64,000 nucleotides of DNA from assembly GCA_030829675.1 (NCBI GenBank), contig JAURAE010000001.1, positions 16,516-80,515 on the forward strand, read 5' to 3'. How positions within the stretch are numbered: position 1 is the first letter of the stretch; each line of letters starts with the position of its first letter. This DNA is from Schleiferiaceae bacterium. GTDB lineage: Bacteria; Bacteroidota; Bacteroidia; Flavobacteriales; Schleiferiaceae. The notes under the pieces were generated by a model. The model worked only from the letters and a program-made list of their open reading frames with translations. It ran no database searches and was not told the origin of the DNA. Shown piece by piece: positions 8,225-18,004 of the stretch. The position numbers and the translations under genes were made by a program.

Positions 8225-9613
8225 ATGCATTACGAATCGCCTGTTAGAAATCCGCTTATCCTTGGAGACAAGTCGTACTCCGACATCACCAACGATATTG
8301 CGAAACCTGTAGAATCTAAGGCACCCCGCGCTTGGTGGATTGCCTTCTCCATCGCCTTTGTGATGTTCTTGTGGGGTGTAGGAAACATCCTATACACTAT
8401 TGGAACTGGTATTGGTGTTTGGGGTTTGAACAAGACCGTTGATTGGGCCTGGGATATCACCAACTTCGTTTGGTGGGTAGGTATTGGCCACGCGGGAACA
8501 TTGATTTCAGCCGTACTTCTTCTCTTCCGTCAGAAGTGGAGAATGGCCATCAACCGTTCAGCAGAAGCAATGACCATCTTCTCGGTAATCCAGGCGGGTC
8601 TTTTCCCGTTGATCCACATGGGTCGTATTTGGATGGCTTACTGGGTAATGCCTATCCCAAACCAGTTCGGTTCACTCTGGGTAAACTTTAACTCACCACT
8701 TCTATGGGACGTATTTGCGATCTCTACTTATCTAACCGTTAGTACTGTATTCTGGTATGTAGGTTTGATTCCAGATTTCGCAATGATCCGCGACCGCGCG
8801 ATCAACCCAGTTCAGAAGCACATCTACAAGCTTCTTTCTTTCGGATGGGGAGGTAAGGCTAAGCACTGGCAGCGTTTTGAAGAAGTTTCTTTGGTACTTG
8901 CTGGTCTTGCTACACCATTGGTACTATCTGTACACACCATTGTATCCTTTGACTTCGCGACTTCGGTTATTCCAGGATGGCACACCACCATCTTCCCTCC
9001 GTACTTCGTTGCGGGTGCGATCTTCTCTGGGTTCGCCATGGTGCAGACACTTCTTTTGATCGTACGTAAGATCTTCAAGATGGAAGATTACATCAACATC
9101 GAGCACATTGAGATGATGAACATCGTAATCATGGTTACGGGTTCGATTGTAGGTGTTGCCTACATTACTGAGCTTTTTGTGGCTTGGTACTCTGGTGTTG
9201 AATACGAACAATATGCCTTCTTGAACCGGGCGACAGGTCCTTACTGGTGGGCTTACTGGTCGATGATGACTTGTAATGTGTTCTCTCCACAATTCATGTG
9301 GTCTAAGAAACTACGTACCAATTTAGTTTTCACTTTCGTGATTTCAATTGTGGTAAACATCGGTATGTGGTTTGAGCGATTCGTGATTATCGTAACCTCT
9401 ATCCACAGAGATTACTTGCCATCTTCATGGTCTATGTTCTCTCCAACCTTTGTCGATATCGGTATCTACATCGGAACAATCGGTTTCTTCTTTGTATTGT
9501 TCCTACTATATGCTAGAACATTCCCTGTGATTGCTCAAGCAGAATTGAAAACCATCTTGAAGTCTTCAGGCGAAAACTTCAAAAAACACCACGACGAACA
9601 TGGGGCACACTAA
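8225..9613 (+). CDS. actC: Alternative complex III subunit ActC (NrfD/PsrC-like quinol-interacting membrane subunit)
   Basis: 462 aa polytopic membrane protein at the expected position. NrfD-like hydrophobic pattern. Confidence 0.88.
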   Translation: MHYESPVRNPLILGDKSYSDITNDIAKPVESKAPRAWWIAFSIAFVMFLWGVGNILYTIGTGIGVWGLNKTVDWAWDITNFVWWVGIGHAGTLISAVLLLFRQKWRMAINRSAEAMTIFSVIQAGLFPLIHMGRIWMAYWVMPIPNQFGSLWVNFNSPLLWDVFAISTYLTVSTVFWYVGLIPDFAMIRDRAINPVQKHIYKLLSFGWGGKAKHWQRFEEVSLVLAGLATPLVLSVHTIVSFDFATSVIPGWHTTIFPPYFVAGAIFSGFAMVQTLLLIVRKIFKMEDYINIEHIEMMNIVIMVTGSIVGVAYITELFVAWYSGVEYEQYAFLNRATGPYWWAYWSMMTCNVFSPQFMWSKKLRTNLVFTFVISIVVNIGMWFERFVIIVTSIHRDYLPSSWSMFSPTFVDIGIYIGTIGFFFVLFLLYARTFPVIAQAELKTILKSSGENFKKHHDEHGAH

Positions 9614-10133
9614 ACACAATCCAATCGTTCGCGCGCTTTTCAATGACGATGATATCGTATTGAGCGCGGTAAAAGACTTACGTGCTAACGGATTCCACGT
9701 TAGTGAAGTGTATTCACCATTCCCAATCCACGGATTGGACGAAGCTATGGGCTTGAAGAGAACGCGTCTGAGTACTGCGGCATTCTTCTACGGTCTTACA
9801 GGTTTGTTCTTTGCCTCTTGGTTGACGTACTACACGATGATCATGGATTGGCCACAGAACATCGGTGGTAAGCCAAACTCTATGTGGTTCTTGAACATGC
9901 CGTCTTTCGTGCCGGTAATGTTTGAGTTGACTGTATTCTTTGCAGCCCACCTCATGTGTTGGTCTTACTTCGCTGTAAATGGTTTGTACCCTGGCGCGAA
10001 AGCACAAAACCCTGATCCACGTACTACGGATGACCACTTCTTGATGGAAGTAGAGCTCGAAGGCGATGAGGATGCTTTGAACAAGAAGCTAAAGGATTTG
10101 GGAGCATTAGAAATTTCTAAAATCGAAGCCTAA
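9600..10133 (+). CDS. actD: Alternative complex III subunit ActD (DUF3341-type membrane subunit)
   Basis: 177 aa, overlaps the actC end by 14 nt. Soluble N-terminal part followed by two TM helices. Position within the act cluster. Confidence 0.85.
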   Translation: MGHTKHNPIVRALFNDDDIVLSAVKDLRANGFHVSEVYSPFPIHGLDEAMGLKRTRLSTAAFFYGLTGLFFASWLTYYTMIMDWPQNIGGKPNSMWFLNMPSFVPVMFELTVFFAAHLMCWSYFAVNGLYPGAKAQNPDPRTTDDHFLMEVELEGDEDALNKKLKDLGALEISKIEA

Positions 10134-10135
10134 GC

Positions 10136-10687
10136 ATGAAGCGTTTATCTACACTCTTACTATTGGTTGCAGGTGCTGCATTGGCAAGCTGTAACGTTGA
10201 TAAAACTACGCCCGGCTATACGTACATGGACGATATGTACACCAGCCCTTCACTTGAGACCTATGCGCCTGCATATCAGTTTGCAAATGGTCTAAGCGCA
10301 CAGCTTCCTGTAGAAGGAACAGTGCCACGTGGCTACCACCCTTATGAGTATGCAAATACGAACGAAGGGTACGATGCTGCAAAGGCTTCTTTGCTCATGC
10401 CAGAAGCTTATGCTTCAGAGGACGTTTTGACCGAAGGAAAAGAATTGTACACAACGTTCTGTGTGAATTGCCACGGTGAAAAAGGTGATGGAAATGGAAA
10501 CTTGGTACAACAAGAAAAAATCCTTGGTGTTCCGGCTTACAAAGACCGTGATATCACTCCGGGTTCTATGTACCATGTGATCATGCACGGAAAAGGCATT
10601 ATGGGCTCTCACGCCTCTCAATTGACCTACGACGAACGTTGGAAGATTGTACGTTATGTTGTGAAACTTAGAGAAGATCAAGAATAA
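10136..10687 (+). CDS. actE: Alternative complex III subunit ActE (monohaem cytochrome c lipoprotein)
   Basis: Lipobox ALASC, single CVNCH haem motif, position in the cluster. Confidence 0.88.
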   Translation: MKRLSTLLLLVAGAALASCNVDKTTPGYTYMDDMYTSPSLETYAPAYQFANGLSAQLPVEGTVPRGYHPYEYANTNEGYDAAKASLLMPEAYASEDVLTEGKELYTTFCVNCHGEKGDGNGNLVQQEKILGVPAYKDRDITPGSMYHVIMHGKGIMGSHASQLTYDERWKIVRYVVKLREDQE

Positions 10688-10702
10688 AACCGCTGAAGAG
10701 AA

Positions 10703-12280
10703 ATGTTTGAGTTTAGTACTAAAGCAAAACAACTGGCAATCGGCCTAACCGTAGTAGGAGCAATCCTATGGGTCGTAGGATTTGCCATGAATGGATCATC
10801 TTCTCACGAAGCGGATCACGGACACGATGCACATGCAACCGAAATGCATGCTGATGCTGGTCATGACGCACATGCTGAAGAAGCACACGATGCACATGCT
10901 GAAGCTGGTCATGATGCACACGCTGAAGAAGCGCACGATGCGCACGCTGAAGCTGGTCATGACGCACATGTTGAAGGAGCGCACGACGTTCACGGTCACG
11001 AAGCACATGCTGAACACGAAAATGACTATCCTGGCGAGGCTCACGCAGCTATGATAGAGTCTAGTTACGAGTCAGATCGTGCTGAAGAGGCTCACGCTGA
11101 CCACGGTCACGAATCGCACGCTGAGGAGGCACACGATGCACATGGGGCAGAAGCACACGATGCACATGCTGAACACGCGCATCACCAACAACAAAACCGC
11201 CCATGGAGTGCATTGTATGTGGCAGCGATTTTCTTTTTGGGACTGGGACTAGGACAATTGTTCTTCCTTGGGATTCAATACATTGCCCAAGCAGGTTGGT
11301 CTGCTGGTTTGTTGCGTGTGATGGAGGCACAAGCCTTTACTATCATCATTCCGTTGATTGTAATCGCATTGATCTCGTTCTTAGGTCTGGCTCATGTCCA
11401 CCACATGTTCCACTGGATGGTAGAAGGCATTAATATCGAAGGCCACGAGAACTATGACGAAATTATCGCAGGTAAGCGTGGTTTCTTGAACCCTACATTC
11501 TTCATCATCCGTGTGTTGGTGTATATCGGTGGATGGGTTTGGGCAGCGCGTATGTTGCGTAAAAACTCTTTGCTTTCAGATAGCGGAGACGGCGTAGAGA
11601 TGTGGAAGAGAAACCGCAAAGTAGGTGCCATTTTCACGGTATTCTATGCGGTGACATCATCTACTTCTGCTTGGGATTTGATCATGAGCATTGATACACA
11701 CTGGTTCTCTACACTATTTGGTTGGTACACGTTTGCCGGTATGTTCGTGAGCTCTTTCGCTGCGACTATTCTAGTTACCCTGTACCTAAAGTCTAAAGGC
11801 TTATTAGAATGGGTGAACGATAACCACATTCATGACTTAGGTAAGTTCATGTTCGCGTTCTCAGTTTTCTGGACCTACTTATGGTTCTCTCAGTTCGTAT
11901 TGATCTGGTATGCGAACATTCCTGAGGAAGTAACGTACTACATGCAGCGTTGGGACCAGTACAAAGTACCGTTCTTCACTATGTTGTCTTTGAACTTCAT
12001 CTTCCCTGTGCTTGCTATCTTAAGCCGTCCTGCGAAGCGTGTTCCAGGTACCTTGGTAATGGCAGCGGTGTTCGTATTGGTTGGTCACTACATGGACCAC
12101 TACGTAATGATCATGCCAGGAACGGTAGGTGATCAGTACGGATTTGGATTAGTAGAATTGGGTCCAATTCTATTCTTCGCTGGTCTATTCATCTATGTGA
12201 TGTTGAGCAACCTTGCGAAAGCACCATTGTTGCACAAGAATCATCCTATGATAGTTGAATCAAAGCACTTCCAACAATAA
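10703..12280 (+). CDS. actF: Alternative complex III subunit ActF (second NrfD-like membrane subunit) with a long His-rich loop after TM1
   Basis: 525 aa polytopic membrane protein, last act gene. Residues about 35-161 are a His/Asp/Glu/Ala low-complexity region. Confidence 0.88.
   Translation: MFEFSTKAKQLAIGLTVVGAILWVVGFAMNGSSSHEADHGHDAHATEMHADAGHDAHAEEAHDAHAEAGHDAHAEEAHDAHAEAGHDAHVEGAHDVHGHEAHAEHENDYPGEAHAAMIESSYESDRAEEAHADHGHESHAEEAHDAHGAEAHDAHAEHAHHQQQNRPWSALYVAAIFFLGLGLGQLFFLGIQYIAQAGWSAGLLRVMEAQAFTIIIPLIVIALISFLGLAHVHHMFHWMVEGINIEGHENYDEIIAGKRGFLNPTFFIIRVLVYIGGWVWAARMLRKNSLLSDSGDGVEMWKRNRKVGAIFTVFYAVTSSTSAWDLIMSIDTHWFSTLFGWYTFAGMFVSSFAATILVTLYLKSKGLLEWVNDNHIHDLGKFMFAFSVFWTYLWFSQFVLIWYANIPEEVTYYMQRWDQYKVPFFTMLSLNFIFPVLAILSRPAKRVPGTLVMAAVFVLVGHYMDHYVMIMPGTVGDQYGFGLVELGPILFFAGLFIYVMLSNLAKAPLLHKNHPMIVESKHFQQ
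10856..10999 (+). repeat. In-frame 48-bp tandem repeat (about 3 copies) encoding AGHDAHAEEAHDAHAE units inside actF
   Basis: Units start at 10856, 10904 and 10952. Copies 1 and 2 differ only at a few synonymous positions; copy 3 is more diverged. Confidence 0.9.
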
Positions 12281-12300
12281 TCTAGAAAAGAGACTAAAGA

Positions 12301-13326
12301 ATGAATACAGTTTCAATTATCGTTTTAGTAGTTCTAGCTATCCTCACCTTGGTGCAGGTAATGCGCATCTCTGAAGTATCTTCAGAAATCCAAGGTGGTA
12401 AGGACAATGAGGTAAGCGAAAAGGACAATGATACCCAAGGACGATTGATGTTCTTCGTAGGTATGGGTTTCGTTATTAGTGTAGTGGTGATGTACATCAA
12501 ATGGGGTCCCCTTAGTCTACCTGAACCGGCTTCAGAGCATGGTTCAGAGATTGATGGATTATGGAACCTTAGTATGTTGATCATCAACATCGTGTTCTTT
12601 ATTGTACAGCCTATTTTATTCTACTTTGCCTACAAATACAGAGGTAAGAAAGGCACTAAAGCCGTTCACTTCGCCCACAATAATAAATTAGAGTTGTTTT
12701 GGACCGTAGTCCCTGCGTTGGCGCTAGCCGTATTGATCATATGGGGTCTGAATGTTTGGAGTACTTTAATGATGCCAGAAAACGATGAAGAGCCTATCGT
12801 CATTGAACTATATGCACAACAGTTCAATTGGACCGTTCGTTACAGTGGTAGTGATAATGCATTAGGATTCGCTTCTGTATACGATATCGAAGGTGCTAAC
12901 ATCGTGGGTGTAGATACTCAAGATGCGGCTTCAGCAGATGATATCGTGACCAAGGAATTGCACTTGCCAGTAGGAAAGCCCGTATTGTTCCAGTTCCGTT
13001 CACAGGATGTAATCCACTCGGCTTACTTCCCGCACTTCCGTGCTCAGATGAACTGTGTGCCTGGAGCGACCACCAACTTCCAGTTCACACCGACGATCAC
13101 AACCGCTGAAATTCGTCAGAACAAAGATGTAAAAAGACATGTTGAAGAGGTAAATGCCATCCGTGCCGCCAAAGGTGAGGACGTATGGGATTTCAACTAC
13201 GTACTGCTTTGTAATAAGATTTGTGGAGCAGCACACTACAACATGCAAATGGATATTATCGTAGAGACCGAGGATGAATACAATGCTTGGTTGAACGAAC
13301 AGAAAACCGTCGCTGAGACTTTGTAA
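12301..13326 (+). CDS. coxB: Cytochrome c oxidase subunit II (CuA domain, no fused c-type haem domain)
   Basis: CuA ligand pattern HSAYFP...CNKICGAAHYNM. N-terminal TM helices. No CxxCH anywhere in the protein. Confidence 0.92.
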   Translation: MNTVSIIVLVVLAILTLVQVMRISEVSSEIQGGKDNEVSEKDNDTQGRLMFFVGMGFVISVVVMYIKWGPLSLPEPASEHGSEIDGLWNLSMLIINIVFFIVQPILFYFAYKYRGKKGTKAVHFAHNNKLELFWTVVPALALAVLIIWGLNVWSTLMMPENDEEPIVIELYAQQFNWTVRYSGSDNALGFASVYDIEGANIVGVDTQDAASADDIVTKELHLPVGKPVLFQFRSQDVIHSAYFPHFRAQMNCVPGATTNFQFTPTITTAEIRQNKDVKRHVEEVNAIRAAKGEDVWDFNYVLLCNKICGAAHYNMQMDIIVETEDEYNAWLNEQKTVAETL

Positions 13327-13339
13327 TTAAGACCTAACA

Positions 13340-15145
13340 ATGAGTACTATGTCAACGAAATCGACAGAAAACCCTCACTTTCAAGATCACTTGATGGAGC
13401 ACCATCACAAAGAGAACTTCTTCACGAAGTACATCTTTACGATGGATCACAAAATGATTGGTAAGCAATTCTTGGTAACCGGTATGTTCATGGGAATCAT
13501 CGGTGTGATGATGTCTATGCTCTTCCGTTTGGAATTGGCATACCCGGAACAGAGCTTCCCTATCCTCGAATTTTTCCTTGGTAAATGGGCACCGGATGGA
13601 GTAATGAGCCCAGACATGTACCTAGCCTTGGTAACCATCCACGGTACGATCATGGTCTTCTTTGTATTGACTGCTGGTCTTTCGGGTACATTCTCGAACT
13701 TGTTGATTCCATTACAGATAGGTGCCCGTGATATGGCATCAGGTTTCTTGAACGCCTTGTCTTACTGGTTCTTTGCAATGAGCTCTGTAGTAATGGTGGT
13801 TTCATTGTTTGTAGAATCAGGTCCTGCTTCAGCAGGTTGGACGGTATATCCACCTCTATCAGCATTGCCGCAGGCAATGCCAGGTTCTGGCGCGGGTATG
13901 ACGCTATGGTTGATCTCCATGACTCTGTTCATCGTAGGTTCACTATTGGGTTCTTTGAATTACATCGTAACCGTATTGAACATGCGTACCAAAGGAATGA
14001 GCATGACTCGTCTTCCTTTGACTATTTGGGCATTCTTCGTAACAGCAGTACTGGGTGTACTTTCGTTCCCAGTATTGTTGAGCGCAGCGTTGCTTTTGAT
14101 GTTCGACCGATTGTTAGGTACCTCATTCTACTTGAGTGATATCTTCATGGGCGGTGAGGTATTGAGCTACAGCGGTGGTTCACCGGTATTGTACCAGCAC
14201 TTGTTCTGGTTCCTCGGTCACCCAGAGGTATATATCATCCTCCTACCTGCATTGGGTATTTCATCTGAAGTAATTGCGACCAACTCGCGTAAGCCGATCT
14301 TCGGTTACCGCGCGATGGTAGGTTCGATCTTGGCTATTGCCTTCTTGAGCTTCATCGTATGGGGTCACCACATGTTCATAACGGGTATGAACCCGTTCCT
14401 AGGTTCTGTATTTACTTTTACGACATTGTTGATTGCCATTCCATCAGCAGTGAAGGCCTTTAACTATATCACCACCCTTTGGAAAGGTAATATTCAGTAC
14501 ACACCAGCGATGATGTTCTCTATCGGTTTGGTAAGTACGTTCGTTACTGGTGGTTTGACTGGGGTAATCCTCGGGGATAGCGCTCTTGACATCAACGTTC
14601 ACGATACTTACTTCGTGGTGGCTCACTTCCATATCGTAATGGGTCTTAGTGCAATCTTCGGTATGTTCGCAGGGGTTTACCACTGGTTCCCTAAGATGTA
14701 TGGCCGTATGATGAACAAGTCAATGGGTTATGCGCACTTCTGGTTGACATTCATTACCGCTTATGGTGTATTCTTCCCGATGCACTTCTTGGGTATGGCT
14801 GGTCTTCCACGTCGTTACTACAGCAACACCGCATTCCCTATGTTCGACAACCTAGCGGATATCAACGTATTGATCACGTACTTCGCGATCATCGGTGGTA
14901 TTGCTCAGTTGATCTTCATCTTCAACTTCTTCTATAGTATTTGGAGAGGTCCTAAGGCACCTCAGAATCCATGGAAGGCGAATTCATTGGAGTGGACTAC
15001 TCCAGTAGAGCACTTACACGGAAACTGGCCTGGAGAGATCCCAGTGGTACACCGTTGGGCGTACGACTACTCTAAGCCGGGTGCAGAGGAAGACTTCATT
15101 CCGCAAAACGTGCCGCTCGCAGAAGGCGAGGAAAGCGGCCACTAA
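13340..15145 (+). CDS. coxA: Cytochrome c oxidase subunit I (haem-copper oxidase, A-type)
   Basis: [20 protein letters not shown] and [11 protein letters not shown] signature segments. 601 aa, 12+ TM helices. Confidence 0.95.
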   Translation: MSTMSTKSTENPHFQDHLMEHHHKENFFTKYIFTMDHKMIGKQFLVTGMFMGIIGVMMSMLFRLELAYPEQSFPILEFFLGKWAPDGVMSPDMYLALVTIHGTIMVFFVLTAGLSGTFSNLLIPLQIGARDMASGFLNALSYWFFAMSSVVMVVSLFVESGPASAGWTVYPPLSALPQAMPGSGAGMTLWLISMTLFIVGSLLGSLNYIVTVLNMRTKGMSMTRLPLTIWAFFVTAVLGVLSFPVLLSAALLLMFDRLLGTSFYLSDIFMGGEVLSYSGGSPVLYQHLFWFLGHPEVYIILLPALGISSEVIATNSRKPIFGYRAMVGSILAIAFLSFIVWGHHMFITGMNPFLGSVFTFTTLLIAIPSAVKAFNYITTLWKGNIQYTPAMMFSIGLVSTFVTGGLTGVILGDSALDINVHDTYFVVAHFHIVMGLSAIFGMFAGVYHWFPKMYGRMMNKSMGYAHFWLTFITAYGVFFPMHFLGMAGLPRRYYSNTAFPMFDNLADINVLITYFAIIGGIAQLIFIFNFFYSIWRGPKAPQNPWKANSLEWTTPVEHLHGNWPGEIPVVHRWAYDYSKPGAEEDFIPQNVPLAEGEESGH

Positions 15146-15169
15146 GGAAAAGCTTTGTAAAACTCAGGT

Positions 15170-15198
15170 CCCCTTGTCGCTCGGCAAGGGGATTTTTT
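15170..15198 (+). terminator. Rho-independent terminator after coxA
   Basis: Stem ccccttg / caagggg with loop tcgctcgg, followed by attttttat. Confidence 0.8.
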
Positions 15199-15216
15199 AT
15201 GCTATTTTGTAGTACT

Positions 15217-16245
15217 ATGAACGAGCATCTCGATCCGACAGGATCACATCTTTCGAACACCGAGCGCGAGATAGAGCGCAAGCTTCGCCCCTTGAGTTTT
15301 GACGACTTTACTGGGCAGGCTGCGGTATTGGAAAACCTCAAGATTTTTGTCGAGGCGGCCAAGATGCGCGATGAAGCTATGGACCACGTACTGCTTCACG
15401 GCCCTCCGGGGTTGGGAAAAACCACCTTATCTTATATTTTGGCCAACGAATTAGGCGTGGGTATCAAGGTGACTTCAGGTCCTGTATTGGATAAGCCAAG
15501 CGATCTCGCCGGGTTATTGACAGGTTTGCAGCCAAATGATGTCTTGTTCATTGATGAAATCCACAGATTGTCGCCAGTGATCGAGGAGTACCTCTACAGT
15601 GCGATGGAGGATTTCAAAATAGATATTATGATTGATTCGGGACCAAGTGCGCGGAGCGTGCAAATAGGCCTGAATCCGTTTACCCTTATCGGCGCTACCA
15701 CGCGCTCGGGTTTGCTTACGGCGCCGCTACGAGCACGCTTTGGAATCAATGCCCGCTTGGAGTATTATGATGTGGAGCTGCTGAGCACAATTGTGGATCG
15801 ATCGGCTGAAATATTGGATGTTCCTACGGACTATGAAGCTGCTATAAGGATTGCGAGCCGTTCGCGTGGTACTCCCCGTATTGCCAATGCTCTGTTGCGC
15901 CGCGTGCGTGACTTTGCGATGGTCAAGGGAAATGGCACCATTGATGTCGAGATTGCTGAGTTTGGTCTCAATGCCCTGAACGTGGACAGTAGTGGTCTGG
16001 ACGAAATGGATAACAAAATCCTGAATGTCTTGATCGATAACTTTGCTGGTGGTCCGGTTGGATTGAATACCCTCAGCACCGCAATCGGAGAACAGTCAGA
16101 GACTATAGAGGAGGTTTATGAGCCGTACCTCATCAAGGAAGGCTTTATCATGCGTACCCCGCGCGGACGTATGGTCACAGAGAAGGCCTATCACCACCTT
16201 GGAAAGAACAGCAAAGGTAAGGGGTCGACAGGATCCTTATTTTAA
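15217..16245 (+). CDS. ruvB: Holliday junction branch migration helicase RuvB
   Basis: Start moved to ATG 15217 (MNEHLDPT...) because the upstream ATG sits inside the terminator T-run. Walker [10 protein letters not shown]. RuvB-type AAA+ layout. Confidence 0.93.
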   Translation: MNEHLDPTGSHLSNTEREIERKLRPLSFDDFTGQAAVLENLKIFVEAAKMRDEAMDHVLLHGPPGLGKTTLSYILANELGVGIKVTSGPVLDKPSDLAGLLTGLQPNDVLFIDEIHRLSPVIEEYLYSAMEDFKIDIMIDSGPSARSVQIGLNPFTLIGATTRSGLLTAPLRARFGINARLEYYDVELLSTIVDRSAEILDVPTDYEAAIRIASRSRGTPRIANALLRRVRDFAMVKGNGTIDVEIAEFGLNALNVDSSGLDEMDNKILNVLIDNFAGGPVGLNTLSTAIGEQSETIEEVYEPYLIKEGFIMRTPRGRMVTEKAYHHLGKNSKGKGSTGSLF

Positions 16246-16248
16246 ACG

Positions 16249-17172
16249 ATGGATCGTTCGCGAGCCACGGCCATTATTAAGCGACTTGCTAAGGAGCAGG
16301 GCTTCATGGCTTGCGGTATTTCTAAAGCAGGATTTTTAGAGGAAGAAGCTACCGGGCTGGAGCAATGGCTTAAGCATGGCTACCATGGAGAAATGTCTTG
16401 GATGGAAAATCACTTTGATGAGCGATTGGATCCAAGGAAATTGGTGCCAGGCGCGAAGTCTGTGATTAGTGTGCTCTTGAATTATTACCCGGAAGAAGGC
16501 CAAGTGGATGGTGCTCCCAAGATTTCTAAATATGCCTATGGACGGGATTATCATAAGGTGATTCGCGGGAAGCTCAAGCGAATGTTGGCCGGAATTCACG
16601 ACGAAATAGGCCAAGTGCATGGGCGGGGTTTTGTGGACAGTGCTCCCGTTATGGATCGGGCATGGGCCCGAAGAAGTGGCCTTGGGTGGATAGGCAAGCA
16701 CAGTTTGCTGTTGAGCAAAAAGGCGGGGAGTTTCTATTTTATTGGGGAATTGATTGTCGATTTAGAATTGGACCCAGATGGACCCAGTACAGATCACTGC
16801 GGCAGTTGCACCGCGTGTATGGATGCATGCCCAACGGATGCCATTGTATCGCCGACGCTAGTCGATAGCAACAAGTGCATCAGTTATTTGACCATTGAAT
16901 ATAAAAAAGCCTTGCCCACGGAGTTTCAGGATAAGATGGAGCAGTGGGTGTATGGATGTGATATCTGCCAGGACGTTTGTCCGTGGAACCGATTCTCCTC
17001 GCCACACCAGGAGCCGGATTTCAACATGCGAGAAGCTATCGGGAAAAACGGTTGGCAGGAGTGGGAAGAAATTACCCACGAACTCTGGGAGGAAATCATG
17101 CAAGGTTCAGCCATTCGCAGAACTGGCTACGAAGGCTTCAAAAGAAATTTGAGTTTTTCGAAAAAGGATTAG
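16249..17172 (+). CDS. queG: Epoxyqueuosine reductase QueG
   Basis: Two ferredoxin-type clusters [12 protein letters not shown] and [11 protein letters not shown]. QueG-like length and N-terminal region. Confidence 0.88.
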   Translation: MDRSRATAIIKRLAKEQGFMACGISKAGFLEEEATGLEQWLKHGYHGEMSWMENHFDERLDPRKLVPGAKSVISVLLNYYPEEGQVDGAPKISKYAYGRDYHKVIRGKLKRMLAGIHDEIGQVHGRGFVDSAPVMDRAWARRSGLGWIGKHSLLLSKKAGSFYFIGELIVDLELDPDGPSTDHCGSCTACMDACPTDAIVSPTLVDSNKCISYLTIEYKKALPTEFQDKMEQWVYGCDICQDVCPWNRFSSPHQEPDFNMREAIGKNGWQEWEEITHELWEEIMQGSAIRRTGYEGFKRNLSFSKKD

Positions 17173-18002
17173 TCCACCGGGACTTCAATAACCTGCAGAA
17201 TGCGGTAATTGTCCGGGTTGAAAACGTAGACTACAATCGCAGCATTGCTTTGCACCCAATCTGTGTTCCACGCCAAGGTATATGTGCCGCTCAGGGTATC
17301 TCCGGGAACCATTGGACTAGTGCCGAAACTGGTGCCCCAAGTATCAGTCACATAATCACGCAGCACATTCATGTGTACGTAATCTGGATCGCGGGTGTCG
17401 TCCGGCATAAGCTGCGGACTAACGATGTTGCTTTCCTTTACCAATACCACAATTTTTAAATCATGGAGCAGGCTCGCTTGCGGAAACCCTAGGGCGCTTA
17501 CGTTGAGTTGGCCTGAGGTAATGGAGGCAGAGGCTTCGAGGGCTATGCGCAAGGTGCTGTCCATAGCTTCGGCACTCAATGTTGGCCAGTTCGCGTAGTT
17601 CGACCAGTGGCCATTTCCTGATGCAGTCCAATTCTCTCTGTTGACCATGCCTACCGGGAGGAAATTGGTCCCAAAGAAATTTTGGACAGCCTTACCCTCT
17701 TGGGTGGTGAAATCTGTCGGATAGTCAGTGCTGGTGCCGGTAAAATTTCCCGGACCTGCGTGAATGGCTAACCCAATGATGCGATCATTTCCAAAGGCGT
17801 CAACGAGATTGGCGATTTCCTTCGAGGCCTTGGGGCAGTTCTTACAACGATGCCCTGTAAAGTCCTCGATGAGCACGTTGCGGCGCTGCTCAGAGCTTGT
17901 AGTATCAATGGTTCCACCTTTGAAAGGCTGGTCCACAACATCACATTGCGGTGTGAGGAACAGCAAAGAAAGTAAGGCAGAAAATGCGAAGAGTTTTCTC
18001 AT
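17169..18002 (-). CDS. Omp28-related / thioredoxin-like outer-membrane lipoprotein with CxxC
   Basis: Signal with lipobox-like [18 protein letters not shown] motif, as in the Omp28-related family (from memory). Start is 2 nt after the stop of the upstream barrel gene. Confidence 0.6.
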   Translation of the reverse strand: MRKLFAFSALLSLLFLTPQCDVVDQPFKGGTIDTTSSEQRRNVLIEDFTGHRCKNCPKASKEIANLVDAFGNDRIIGLAIHAGPGNFTGTSTDYPTDFTTQEGKAVQNFFGTNFLPVGMVNRENWTASGNGHWSNYANWPTLSAEAMDSTLRIALEASASITSGQLNVSALGFPQASLLHDLKIVVLVKESNIVSPQLMPDDTRDPDYVHMNVLRDYVTDTWGTSFGTSPMVPGDTLSGTYTLAWNTDWVQSNAAIVVYVFNPDNYRILQVIEVPVD

Positions 18003-18004
18003 GA

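Noticed and set aside
10856-10999. The 48-bp tandem repeat could be mistaken for a CRISPR-like or VNTR non-coding array.
   Set aside because: The units are directly adjacent with no spacers. They are in frame with actF and encode a coherent His-rich peptide repeat, so this is a coding repeat and not a CRISPR array.
10719-11054. Three alternative-frame or antisense ORFs (10719-11006 minus, 10791-11054 plus, 10796-11044 minus) lie across the His-rich region.
   Set aside because: They are by-products of the low-complexity repeat, which lacks stop codons in several frames. The actF frame is continuous with conserved membrane domains on both sides.
16977-17459. A 160-aa plus-strand ORF bridges the convergent queG / Omp28-like junction.
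   Set aside because: It overlaps the ends of two well-supported genes in other frames and has no motifs. It is most likely spurious.
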